Shown one piece after another: positions 48,501 through 58,500 of a stretch of DNA of 64,000 nucleotides (positions are counted from its first letter, which is position 1; every line of letters starts with the position of its first letter). Made by a program: the position numbers and the translations under genes. The notes beneath the pieces are model-generated. The model was not told the origin of the DNA, ran no database searches, and worked only from the letters and a program-made list of their open reading frames with translations. Source of the stretch: Phoronis australis (Eukaryota; Animalia; Phoronida); contig NMRA01000273.1 in assembly GCA_002633005.1 (NCBI GenBank), positions 501,582 to 565,581 on the forward strand. Reading direction: 5' to 3'.

Positions 48501-50155
48501 TTGCGTCATAGGTAACAGAGTTATTCCAACATACTGGTACATGCCAACATTGAAAATGACTAAAATAATATGAACTAAACATAGAGGACATGGCTTCAGT
48601 ACGGGTGGGAATAATTGTTCAGCACCAGGCCCTTTAGTGAGGGTTTTAAGCCATTGGAAAAAGACTAGTGACTATTGGCTCAGGACCAGGTCCTCTAGTG
48701 GGGGTTGGAAGTTACTGAAGGAAGGTTAGTAACTACTGCTCAGGACCAGCCTGCCTCATGGGAGTTGGAAGTTGCTGGAGGAAAGTAGTCCCAACTTAGA
48801 GATTGATCCCTGAGACCACACCACAACTACAGTCCAGGCCCTATGCACAATACCATGTTTGCAACTAAACATCGGCCAAAAACTATGCAAGATTACATAG
48901 TCCCAATGTACTTGCCATCAGTCAAACATAAACTTCTGGTTTGACAGCTTATTACAAAATAGATGTGAGCTTGAGACTTCTGGGTATGAGAAGAACCGAC
49001 AGGTTGTTCTATGTTTGAGCCCAGGCTCATGAACAGGGTTCGACGAGCCATCCTGTCTATCTGAGAACATTTATGAACTGAGAATTTCATCACCTAGAGT
49101 TCAGGCACTCGACAGTTCCGTCACAATTTGGAAGGTGAACAAAAGAAAATAGCATGTGGCTGATGGTTCAATGCCATTTATTTAGGCCCACGCACCACTC
49201 ATTGAGAGAGAGTAGCATCTAGTTAACCTTTTATTTCTTTTCATATCAACAACAATGACAAATTACAACAGAAATGTTCCTCCATATTTAATTAACAAAT
49301 TCCTCAATAATTACAACATTTTGGCAATTGTAAATACAAAGGATGAAAAGACATCAGAGAAGTCTAATATTTATTAATTGATAAGCTTTATGTTTTTTTT
49401 GTTTGTTTTTAATCTTCTCTCTGGGTTGTATGAATACAAGTTTGATGCTAAATGTCGATTATTGCTGCTAGCCTGACCTGCATTGACAGACAAGTACCAT
49501 AGATTGGATTTCTTTTAAACCAAGACAGAAACTCGGGCAATAGTTGGAAATGTCGGTCTCTGATATCAGTGGGTGTAACTGGTTCTCAAATCACCTAAAC
49601 CAGGGACCTACCTATCCGGCTACTACTGAAACTTAAAGACTTTACTGGAAGAAAGAACGCTCCATGCAGACCTAACCTACAATGCCTACATACTGTCATG
49701 GAAAGGCACGCTTGTTGCATTGGTTGGTCATGGGAACTGCGTATATCCCATGCCTTGCCCCCTGCCCTTGGGCTTGGGACAAATTGTAAAATGGCTGCCC
49801 ACACTTGTCCCTTGGCCTTGCTTGCAACTTCTTCTGGCTGTTGTTAAAGTTTGCAAGGGCAAGACCTATGGTGTCACTGATATTTAGTGAGAGTGTTTGA
49901 CACATGAGACCATAAACTACGATCTATGATGAGACGATTAAGTGACCAGGTGACAGTGACTTGACTGTCTCTGACTGACTGCCTCTGCCTCTCTGCCTCT
50001 ACTCTGGTCAATGACTGAGAGCGAGTGAGACTGAGAGGGTGAGTGAGACTGAAACCAACTGGGTACGAGCGAGAGAAACCCTGAAGCAACACACTACTAC
50101 GCTTCAGAGTTCTTAGATATCGTACTGGTTTATAAGACTTACCTAAACCGTCCAT
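21389..50155 (-). CDS. EML: Echinoderm microtubule-associated protein-like (EMAP; EML1-4 family), multi-exon gene span
   Basis: Phase-consistent GT-AG exons encode MDGL, a trimerisation coiled coil, a basic linker, the HELP motif (KLQLEWVYGYRGRDCR) and WD40/TAPE repeats ending GHSSHVTNVRF...ILQWQINE*. Linker exons between 39531 and 35884 are not fully resolved. Confidence 0.95.
21988..22118 (-). CDS. EML: EML exon
   Basis: GIWPENADGTDVNACTRSNNQTLVASADDYGKVNLFTYPCCHLK. Confidence 0.95.
23010..23288. mobile_element. 279-bp MITE, internal-deletion derivative of the 912-2868 element
   Basis: Same TIRs plus ~200 bp of the left arm and ~70 bp of the right arm; absent from the duplicate copy (empty AATT at 24331-24334). 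Confidence 0.9.
23518..23613 (-). CDS. EML: EML exon (copy A of a duplicated exon)
   Basis: WSGSSCKQVFQSSTLKDTEWATQNCTLDFTVA; intact AG/GT. Confidence 0.85.
24562..24657 (-). CDS. EML: EML exon (copy B; probably the other allele)
   Basis: Identical peptide with one synonymous difference (ACG/ACT); the two copies are joined across a single N at 23698. Confidence 0.85.
25515..25602 (-). CDS. EML: EML exon
   Basis: GHSSYVTHLDWSADSQHLRTNSGDYEILY. Confidence 0.95.
26093..26190 (-). CDS. EML: EML exon
   Basis: DGERLAVGSRDNGIYVYKVSEDGRKYQKVGKCV. Confidence 0.95.
26435..26660 (+). mobile_element. tRNA-derived SINE (degenerate)
   Basis: A-box-like tggcctagcgtg and B-box ggttcgagtccc; no complete cloverleaf; the 3' boundary is approximate. 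Confidence 0.6.
27799..27955 (-). CDS. EML: EML exon
   Basis: EGAHCASFHPNASVIVIGTQSGRWHAIDSSTRDTISTHHDGIEQLECIEFSP. Confidence 0.95.
28246..28317 (+). repeat. 18-bp tandem repeat x4
   Basis: ttgatcatttatcattgc. Confidence 0.95.
28584..28819. mobile_element. MITE
   Basis: ggacccattccaagaaaactgactta / taagtcagtttcttgaaatgggccc inverted ends. Confidence 0.65.
29048..29179 (-). CDS. EML: EML exon
   Basis: GHTDEVWGIAAHPSQHQFITCSYDKHVFLWDTLTHSAVWFNEVN. Confidence 0.95.
29613..30114. mobile_element. Probable MITE
   Basis: ttacgttggacc / ggtccaacataa inverted ends; TTAA on the right flank. Confidence 0.45.
30161..30286 (-). CDS. EML: EML exon
   Basis: LPDAYGPVRTLCQGKGNMIVVGTTRNCILSGTLDFKFSAIVQ. 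Confidence 0.95.
31202..31359 (-). CDS. EML: EML exon
   Basis: GGNRITQHVYGAHEGGIFALCMLKDGTIVSGGGKDRRIVQWTSSLERTGLEAE. Confidence 0.95.
31692..31791 (-). CDS. EML: EML exon
   Basis: KHEKPKYVLCVAFTDNGDVLSGDSNGNIFLWGR. Confidence 0.95.
32094..32228 (-). CDS. EML: EML exon
   Basis: SSTDTILVADFHPLERNEIILTGKNQMTFWTIENGCLTKKQGIYE. Confidence 0.95.
32913..33017 (-). CDS. EML: EML exon
   Basis: DGGQFLCAVDESNEHVLSVWDWAKGDGGSKMAETK. Confidence 0.95.
33678..33779 (-). CDS. EML: EML exon
   Basis: PHVRVWDSISLNTLHVIGLGDFERAVACVGFSKL. Confidence 0.95.
34111..34183 (-). CDS. EML: EML exon
   Basis: CLAVHPDKITIASGQVAGHEKKAGK. Confidence 0.95.
34443..34592 (-). CDS. EML: EML exon (HELP motif, second half)
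   Basis: YGYRGRDCRHNLYLLPTGEVIYFIASVVVLYSVDEHTQRHYTGHNDDVK. Confidence 0.95.
34593..35754 (-). other. U12-type (minor spliceosome) GT-AG intron
   Basis: Donor GTATCCTT; branch-like ccgttaac about 10 nt before the AG; no polypyrimidine tract. Confidence 0.85.
35755..35884 (-). CDS. EML: EML exon (HELP motif, first half)
   Basis: EAALKMYMKGRPLHLVAPSKYAEDYDVNKKDELPAEKLQLEWV. Confidence 0.93.
39531..39716 (-). CDS. EML: Probable EML linker exon (symmetric, phase 2-2)
   Basis: IYGLSNPDKAWNAPPTRYTSMVNLPSYSNRSHLETVMENGRYTPSRHSMSPATRPDRPPSR; GC-rich, AG/GT bounded, 186 nt. Confidence 0.7.
41256..41543 (+). repeat. ~45-50-bp minisatellite x~6
   Basis: ccatggcccagggtccaactaacttcatatggaagtgtgcagagaaccca variants. 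Confidence 0.9.
41711..41788 (-). CDS. EML: Possible EML linker exon
   Basis: VQSFAPTGKKSASPCPSLRPIPHTM; good acceptor, weak donor. Confidence 0.35.
43573..44938. repeat. Near-identical ~680-bp tandem duplication across a single N (probable assembly artefact), each copy with a ~16-bp minisatellite (tagtcatacccaattc)
   Basis: 43573-44255 vs 44257-44938; N at 44256. Confidence 0.9.
45225..45441 (-). CDS. EML: EML basic S/P/R-rich linker exon
   Basis: SNTLPNKPHVKNTPRRANVPTRTDVSPRAATPDFSSSHRSHPPSPKLTPKSRQSARKWPSSSTDLNQDTPH; phase 1 to 2. Confidence 0.85.
46190..46420 (+). repeat. Dispersed repeat fragment, related to 9560-9745
   Basis: Shared collinear blocks as listed for 9560-9745. Confidence 0.6.
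46522..46656 (-). CDS. EML: EML coiled-coil (trimerisation domain) exon
   Basis: DQDDVDLRILALEKKVSQQDDEIVCLKSALSDALRRLAAVETSR. Confidence 0.93.
48620..48790 (+). repeat. Degenerate ~60-bp tandem repeat x3
   Basis: Recurring tcaggaccagg...tagtgggggttggaagtt. Confidence 0.7.
50143..50155 (-). CDS. EML: Probable EML first coding exon (MDGL)
   Basis: aatATG GAC GGT TTA G|gtaagt; phase 1 fits the coiled-coil exon; resembles the MDGF start of vertebrate EML4. Confidence 0.7.
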
Positions 50156-51088
50156 ATTCAGAGGATTAACATGGAATTTTCGACCACAAACAATGGCACA
50201 CCTCTGTAAACATGCACTTAACAAGCAGCGACACCTGGCGTGCGTTCAATAATGCTATGCCCTAAGCTAGGACTTAGCTAAAATCTAGCATAGGTCACGT
50301 GATTTTATTCGGAACACACGATAATATCTCACGTAATCTCACGAATTCTTACTTTGTAGCGAGGTCCTAGCGTTACTGAACGGGAGGCTAATGTTCATAT
50401 ATGCGAGACATCTGGTGGTGATGCTGTGCGTGAACTTGGAATTCTGCTTAATTAATCTCAAGATCGCGTTTACGTCAACTTGCAATGCATTAGGAAACTT
50501 GGCAAGTTCATTCAAATAATCACGTTCGCGTTGATGAAAAATGCACTACATAAAAATACATGTTAATGAAACACTAAATTTTAATCAACCCCTTTTCAAT
50601 TATTAGTAACCTTATTTCCCAAATGACAATTATTGATTTAACCATTCACATATTCCTCCCATTCTGTGACACAAGTTACGGTAAAGGAGAAATGTGTGAT
50701 CATGAAGCCAATAATTATAAAAAATACACCTGATTGTCGTAATGAATATTCAATTTCAAGTTCACGAATAGGCCTACGCGATCTTGAAAGTAAGAAGTGT
50801 TCCAAGTTCACACACAGCAGTGACTCGGAGATTTCACTGACATCCACGACGGTCAACCCGATACAGCACAAGAAATGCTCCGTGATGTCAAAAGCGTAAA
50901 CCTTTTTGTAGAGGAATTGTAACGCTTAGACATTATTAGAAAACCCTTCAGCTGTAGTTTTCTGTTGTTAAACGAACCTTTTCGAGCTCCCACAGTGAAT
51001 CCTAAGTTTGTGCCGGGGCAATCGATGCGCGGGAAAATGCACCTTCATTTCGGTCCGTTGGTCGTAAAAAAGTTACCTGTATTAGGAG

Positions 51089-52267
51089 CACGTCCGGTAG
51101 GAAGGAATATATTATTGGGGGACACAAAATCATTCCATTTTGTCAAAGTTTTGACCCCCTACAATGTCTCGAATTTCGGATTCTTGTTCCCTATTAGTCA
51201 CGACATCACTTCCATCCTCTGGCCCGCCCCCGCCCTGTCGTCTCCAATTNNNNNNNNNNNNNNNNNNNNNNNNNNNNNNNNNNNNNNNNNNNNNNNNNNN
51301 NNNNNNNNNNNNNNNNNNNNNNNNNNNNNNNNNNNNNNNNNNNNNNNNNNNNNNNNNNNNNNNNNNNNNNNNNNNNNNNNNNNNNNNNNNNNNNNNNNNN
51401 ACCAGAAACTTTGTTACCTTTTGAAACAACAAAAAATCGCGCTTTATATCTGATCACGTTACTCAGTAACGCGTTTAGGATAGGGTTTAGGGGATATCAC
51501 CTTGGAATTGAGCAGTCAATCAGAACATTGTCTCTGAAATTTCACCAAATGGACTCTGAGTGAAAATGAGACCGCATCACCACTTTTTAGACGCGGTTAT
51601 TTCAGATTTGGCATATACAACGCGTTACTCACGTGGTTGGGGGTCTAATCAGTGCTGGAGATTAATTAGAATTTCAGCTTGGATCGAAGTCAATTTCTGA
51701 CAAGATTAACTTTCAATTATCAAAAATCTTCCTGTCGATTTTCGTATAAACATTAACTCAGAAACCAATAAGCCTTGCAGGTTACAAGAAGCACGTGCGG
51801 GCCCGGGCCACTTCTTAGTAGCATAAATATAAAAGGCTAGTTCTACAGGTCCGCAATTCAACGTGAAAATTTTAGGTACGCGTGCAGATGCTTGACGGGC
51901 AACCGCGAGAGGGAGGAGGGGTTTGATGCCCCTCAGACGCACAAGAAAATTTCAGAAGATGTGACTGAATTTTTCATCTTCATTCCAGTGATAGCGTGTT
52001 ACTGCTCATGAGTAAAACTTTCACAACAAGAAATCTGTTATACATGGTGTTCCAAAATATACTCACAATTAAAATGCATTGTTTATTGGCTTAGTGATTC
52101 AAATTCACAAACACTGAGGATATCAAACGGAATCAAGTCTTTAAATGAAATTAAACACACTGTTCATTAACTTGGGAAGATTAATTGTGTTAGTTTCCGA
52201 TAGTATTTCGCAATAAAATCTCCTTCTCCTTTGTCCCCCCAATAATTTTTACCTTCCTACGGACGTG
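51089..52267. mobile_element. Probable TIR element in the EML/STIP1 intergenic region (spans an N gap)
   Basis: cacgtccggtaggaagg..attattgggggaca vs tgtccccccaataat..ccttcctacggacgtg; no TSD found. Confidence 0.55.
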
Positions 52268-52549
52268 TCAGTGGGCTCCCCATCGATCCAAAGGGCTGGA
52301 GCCCCTAAATATTTAAGGAAGGCATATAATATTCACCTGGAATTAAGGAAATAAACTGCAGTTGCTACTAGCTTTAGGGCCCTGTGTGTCAGTTTCCCAA
52401 TAAGTGATATATAATTTTAAACAACAGAAAAAAGAGAGCGAGTGGTGACTTCATTATTCCTTGGTAAAGGGTCTCGGTCTTTGCAGAGTGGTCAGTGCCG
52501 CAGTTGCACCAATATTACTGTACTACACTCCAGGGGGCGCTGTTACGAA

Positions 52550-52564
52550 TTTCTCGAAGATTCC
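52550..52564. promoter_or_regulatory. Heat-shock element (HSF site)
   Basis: tTTCtcGAAgaTTCc = three alternating nGAAn units immediately 5' of the Hop ATG. Confidence 0.7.
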
Positions 52565-52567
52565 AAG

Positions 52568-52588
52568 ATGGCCGACTTCGAAAAACAA
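52568..52588 (+). CDS. STIP1: STIP1-like exon 1 (MADFEKQ)
   Basis: caagATGG Kozak context; donor gtgagt; phase 0. Confidence 0.8.
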
Positions 52589-55500
52589 GTGAGTACCCAT
52601 GTGGGGTAGATTTATCTTAAGTTTCCGTTTTTTGTGAAAGTGCTAGAAAAAATACACATTATTTCTACGAAAAATGACGGAATACTCAGTTGGGGGGCCA
52701 CGTCTTTGGTGCCAGAGTGAGGCAATGGAGTCAGTGTCCTGTTAGATGCCATACCCGAACCCGCCGGTAATGCCTGGTGTGGCAACGTGACTAGTGAGTC
52801 ACCATCGGAATCGAAACTACCTCCAACTGCAATTGTAGTCACTATCGAAACCCCTTTCTGCCGCAAAAATTTGATTTCATCACGAAATTTGGACAATCTT
52901 TCATTTTTGCCATCTAAATTGTAAAGAATCATTCAAAAATAGCAACATCCAGACACTGACCCCCGTCTCTAGCTGGCTCAGTAGCGACGGTGCGCTACTA
53001 TAGGAGCTTCATATGATGGAAGGTTTTCGGCGAATTATGCCTCACACTAACTAAAATATCAAAGTCATTTTGTTACAAATACCTTTTGTGCATACACAGA
53101 GGAACAACGTAGGCTTAGGAGGCTGTCGTTGTCTTTAATTCCTCCCAACTCGAACAAATATTCCCGTTAACAAATTTTTTCTTCGAGCAGTCTCACGTTC
53201 AGTTCTCAAAATTGGCAATTGTCCATTTTTACACTGCGCACGCCAGGGGATATGCTGTCATATTACCTGCCATGCGCAGTGTTAAAAATGGTGAGTTTCT
53301 GATTTTGGAAACTGAACGAAGGACTGCTCGAAGAAGAAGTCTGATAACGGGAATATTTGTTCGAGTTGAGAGGAATCAAAGACATCAACGGCCTCCTAAG
53401 TGCCATTCTATGCCCAAAAGGTATTTGTTACAGCATGACTGATCTTTTAGTCAGCGTGAGGCATGATTCACCGAAAAGCTTCTGGCGTATGAAGCTCGAG
53501 TTCAGACTCCAACTTATAGTTACCCTCTGATACAGCGCCACCTATACTGAAAAGTGGCCATGTAGAAACATGATGAACGATACATGGAATTCCGTGAGTG
53601 GCATCAATGCGCATGCCTTGGTCGAAAGTATACCGATCACATCGCTACCACTTGCACTCGCCTTTATGCCTCTGTACTTGTTTGGGCGTAAATCACTGGA
53701 TCAGGGTTCCCTTGATTTTGTTCACTTCTATCACTGCCGGGTTTAATAAATTACAACTATTCAAGTCAAAAGTGGTCGCCATACTTGGAAACAGTAAACT
53801 GAAAAGGGTTTCAACCAGTGGGAATGAATGTTATGATGTGGGTTTCATTACTCTAACCAATGAGAAGCCATGTTCAGCAACATTCGGCAGTGCTACCTTT
53901 CGTAGCACAGTGTAACTTGCAGCTTTAATGCTGGGGTCATCTAGTACAAACTAGAATTAGACAGTAATCCAGGTAAATCAATACTTATTTTGAGTTTGCA
54001 AAAAAGTAGACTGGAAAATGGAAAAAAAACTTGAGTTAGATCGGGAGTACTACATAATGTTGTAGGCATCGTTGATAAAGTTCCTATCTCCAGTGTAAAG
54101 GGGCTGTAGTCATTAACAGGGGTCCCTGATTTTGAGAACCAGCTTGATGGCTGTTATTCAGTAAAGAAAACTGGTTCTCACAATGATTGACCCCCTTAAG
54201 TGACTACTACTGACATATCTGTCGTTTCTACTGAACAACATATTGTTTTCCAGGCTCAAGCTGAGAAAGAGTTGGGCAACGCAGCTTACAAGAAGAAGGA
54301 CTTTGCTACAGCCCACCAACATTATGACAAAGCTATTCAGTTATCCCCTAACAATATCACATTCTACACCAATAAAGCAGGTACTCTCAACTCCTACTTA
54401 CCTTTGCTATATACACCGTTTTCCTTTGTTTGTGCTCTGTAATTTTATTTCAATATGTAAAATGAAAGGTTAAGCGCTTAGTGAATTCAGTTACATGCTA
54501 TGTGAATTTAAGATACGCCTATATAAAGTTGCACGCTATATGAATTTGATTTGTAAACACGCCACATGAAATTACTCGATTTTGGCTCAGGAGTTTTCAT
54601 TGTAATTTCAAAAGGTAAGTGTTGAAATTATGGCAGCATTGTGTTGTAAAGCAGTGGGGAGTTTACTGAAATTACTTGACCAATTGGGAATGTTGCTGAA
54701 ACTGTGGTGAAGTTGATTGGAAGAAAGGAATTAATTTTAAGAGAGACAGCACATTAGCGAGGTGTTTTTTGTTCTATGGCTTCATAGAAACGGTTTTACA
54801 AAGTAATTGATTTGAGCTGATAAAAATCTAAGGATTTCAGCAGATTTTTGTTCACTTTTCTAAAATGACTTACTATGAACATGTATTTTTGATCACATTT
54901 AAAAAGGACTTTTCCTCCTCTCTTCAGGCATGTACATAGAATTTATGAAATTAACCCCTTACTGATTCTATCTCAAAATTGTCCTTGCTATGACAGGAGT
55001 TATTTTTTATCTTTGATTTGTCCTTGCTGTGGTGTTAGGCGACCTGGGAAAAATTCCAAGTCACCACAAAGTCACCACTGTGACTGTCAGTCAGACAACA
55101 ATTCCCTTCTAAATTCGTTACAAAGTTCATGTTAACTTCCAAACTTTAAATTAGTAACAGTTTTCCTAGATTTATTGCCTTTGATTTACAATTGTTCCGT
55201 TGATTCCATGAAGTCACCCATTTGCCACCACAGTTAAATTGCAACAGGAAGTAAACAGATTGAAATATGAATTGTTTGGTAAAAATTGGGCACGATCGGC
55301 CACCATTCCATGCATTCGTTCTTTTGCTGGCGGGAGGACTTGAGCTAGAGAATGAAGATACGCCTTCACCTACACTTAGGTATTTACAAGGGAAATTGGA
55401 GGAGTGTGTGACTAAACGATTGTTCAACCTTTTTTTTGAGATTTTCAGTTTTGTTGACCTTAGATTTGGTTTGACGACCTGGGATTTTTGCCAGGTCGCC

Positions 55501-58500
55501 TAATGTGACTTGTCGTTTAGCTAAGAGTCCAATGCTGCTGCTATGGTAGCAATTGGTTTCTATCACAACATTGTCCTTGCTACAATAAGCTGTGATTGAC
55601 ATCAAGTGACTCAATCTCAACAGGACCAGCCTTGTAGTGTCAACCAGGGCAATTTCCAATGGGAGAAATGTACCCTTGTAGACGAGCTGAAGCAGTTACG
55701 AAATATGCCCTTCTTGGCAAATAGTTAAAAAACGTAACTTTGCAGACAAATTGTTAGAAAATGTACCCTTGCAGACTAACAGTTGCGAAATGTACCGTTG
55801 CAAACAAAAGTTACGAACTTTACCTTTGCAGATAAATAGTTACGAAATGTACTCTTGTAGGTATACAGTTACAAACATTAATGCAGGCAGGTCTAGTTGT
55901 AATTTTTTGATATTGTCTGTTTGTTTTTCAGCTGTTTACTTTGAGGAGGGTAACTATGAGGAGTGTATCAAGACTTGTGAACAAGCTGCCACAGTGGGCC
56001 GTGAAAGCAGAGCTGACTTCAAGTTGATTGCTAAGTATGTACCCAGGTTACAAGACATGCGAAACTAGTGTTATGTAGGACTAGATCAAGTTTTTATCAA
56101 CACAGTTATGAGACCATGCATGTGTTGTAAATAGTATATACCCAAGTTACAATAAATAATCAATATTTTATGTGGCAAGATCAAGCTTTTATCAACAGTT
56201 ATGAGACTGTAAGTCATATTTTCCCAGTTTACAAGACATACCCAGTGTTGTATGTGACTTGATCAAGCTTTTATCAACACATATGAGACCATGCAGGTGT
56301 TGTGAATAGTCACTTTGTTCATGGCACAACGCACTGATTATTTTGTATGAACATGTTTTTAAGTGATATGAACGATATTGCATTTGCTTTAATATTTACA
56401 CTCAGTGCTCTGTCATTTTCATTATGCGCATGAAACATATTTGCTTGAGGAGCTAGTTGAGAAGGCCACACTGAGATTTCATATTCTCATGTTCACTGTG
56501 ATGCAGTACAGTAATGATGGTGGTTACACGAAATTCAGTGGAATCTGGCTTGGATATTTGACGGTCTCAAGTGTTTGTTGATACTTATCCTTTAAGACAA
56601 TGTTATTGAATGAAACTGATGTGATACGTTGTGGTTTAGCAATTTGGCAAAGATCTTGCTGACATTCTTACGTAGTGAGGGTATTTTGGCAGGAAGACAT
56701 GTTGCCAGATTTGTTTGGGTTGAGTGTCGGCATTGATCAAAGTTGCCATTAGTAAAGATGACAAAGTTGTTGTTGCTGATAAGGGCGACTATAAAAATGA
56801 AAACATCAGTAGCAAAAATTCCAGTGAGGTGTCCTAAAAATCCGTGAGATATGCCCTGTCTTAGATTGGAAGAAGCCATAATGGTCATTGGCAACTTGAA
56901 AAGTGTTTCTTCTAAAGGGCTCTTCGATGGTTGATTGATGTGCTTAGGAACTCGAGTTGAACTGGAAAATGTTAACAAGGAAATGTGACACTGGTTGTTA
57001 GATACTGAATTGTAAAACATTGTCAACGGCTTTTTATGCGCCCACATATTTATATTTGGACGCGTTATGCCGTCGTCTCTGTCCATCCGGGCGGTGTCCT
57101 TCCGGCATCCAGGGTCCGCTGCTCTATCTCCAAAACCCTTTGACATACGTTCATGAAATTTGGCATATATGTTCCATTCATGAATGGGACGGCATGAGCG
57201 AACTTTCGGACGGATCCGATTACCGGTGTGCCCCCTAGTAGTGGCAATTTTAGTTTTTTACGCTTACCTTTGTATCTTAAAAAGTCCTTTACGGATTTTC
57301 ATGAAATTTGGTATGTAGGCACCTATTAGTGAGATGACGCTATCTTCCCATTTTCTGATGGATTCGACGTAGTTTGCACCACCTAGTGGCCATTTTTACC
57401 ATTTTAGAGTCTGTATTTTTGTGTCCACTCCTCTATCAACCAAACCGCTCAAAGGATGATTGTGAAAATTGGCATGTATGTGCTTACTATGAAGAGGACG
57501 GTTGACGATGATTTTCCGACGATTTCGATTACTGTGGCGCCTCCTAGTGGCAGTTTTGTTTTTTTGCACCTATGACTGTATCTCCTAAACCGTTCACAGG
57601 ATCTTTACAAAATTTAGTAAGTATATTTATATGATGTTAACAACGAACTATGACGACTTTTGGAAAGACCCGACTTCCGGCGTGCTCCCTAGTGGCAATT
57701 TTATTTTTTTTACGTTTACCTTTGTATCTTCAAAAGTCCGTAACGGATTTTCATGAAATTTAATGTGTAGGCATCTGTTAGTGAGATAACGCTATCCTCC
57801 AGTTTTCGGATGGATTTGACATAGTTTGCACCACCTAGTGGCCATTTTTACTGTTTTTGAGTCTGTTTTTTTGCGTCCACCCCTCTATCAACCAAACCGC
57901 TCAAAGGGTGATTGTGAAAATTGGCATGTATGTGCTTACTATAAAGAGGATGGTTGACGATTTTCCGACGATTTCGACTACTGTGGCACCTCCTAGTGGC
58001 AGTTTTGTTTTTGTTGCGCCTATGGCTGTATCTCCTAAACCGTTCGCAGGATCTTTACTTAATTTAGCAAGTGTATTTATGTGATGTTGACTACGGATGA
58101 CGACAACTTTCAGACAGATCTCACTACTGCTGTGCCCCCTAGTGTCAATTTCAGTCTTTTTACATTGAACTCAGTATCTTCAAAGGTCCTCAACAGATTT
58201 TCATAAAATTTTAAATATAGGCATCTATTGGTGTGATGATGCTATCTGCCTGTTTTTGGATGGAATCGAGGTATTTTGCACCACCTAGTGGCCACTTTTG
58301 CTGTTTTCAAATCTTGTTTTTGGTGTCCATCCCTGTATCAACCAAATCATTTGAAAATTGATTGGCATATATGTTCTTAGTGTGAAGACGACCTTTGATG
58401 ATGGTGACTGATTACTGTGGCGCCTCCTAGTGGTAATTTTGTTTTGTGCCCATAGTTGTATCTCTTAAACCCACTGCAGGATCTTTACTAAATTAAGTAA

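Noticed and set aside
50965-51457. ORFs in the intergenic region, as possible missing TPR1 exons
   Set aside because: They span Ns inside a TIR element, have no TPR similarity, and the ~150-nt gap is too small as sized.
55200-55420. Second HIRAN-like relic (HLP..GGLEL)
   Set aside because: Too few matching residues.
56592-57146. 184-aa minus-strand ORF
   Set aside because: Crosses a transposon boundary inside a Hop intron; no recognisable domain.
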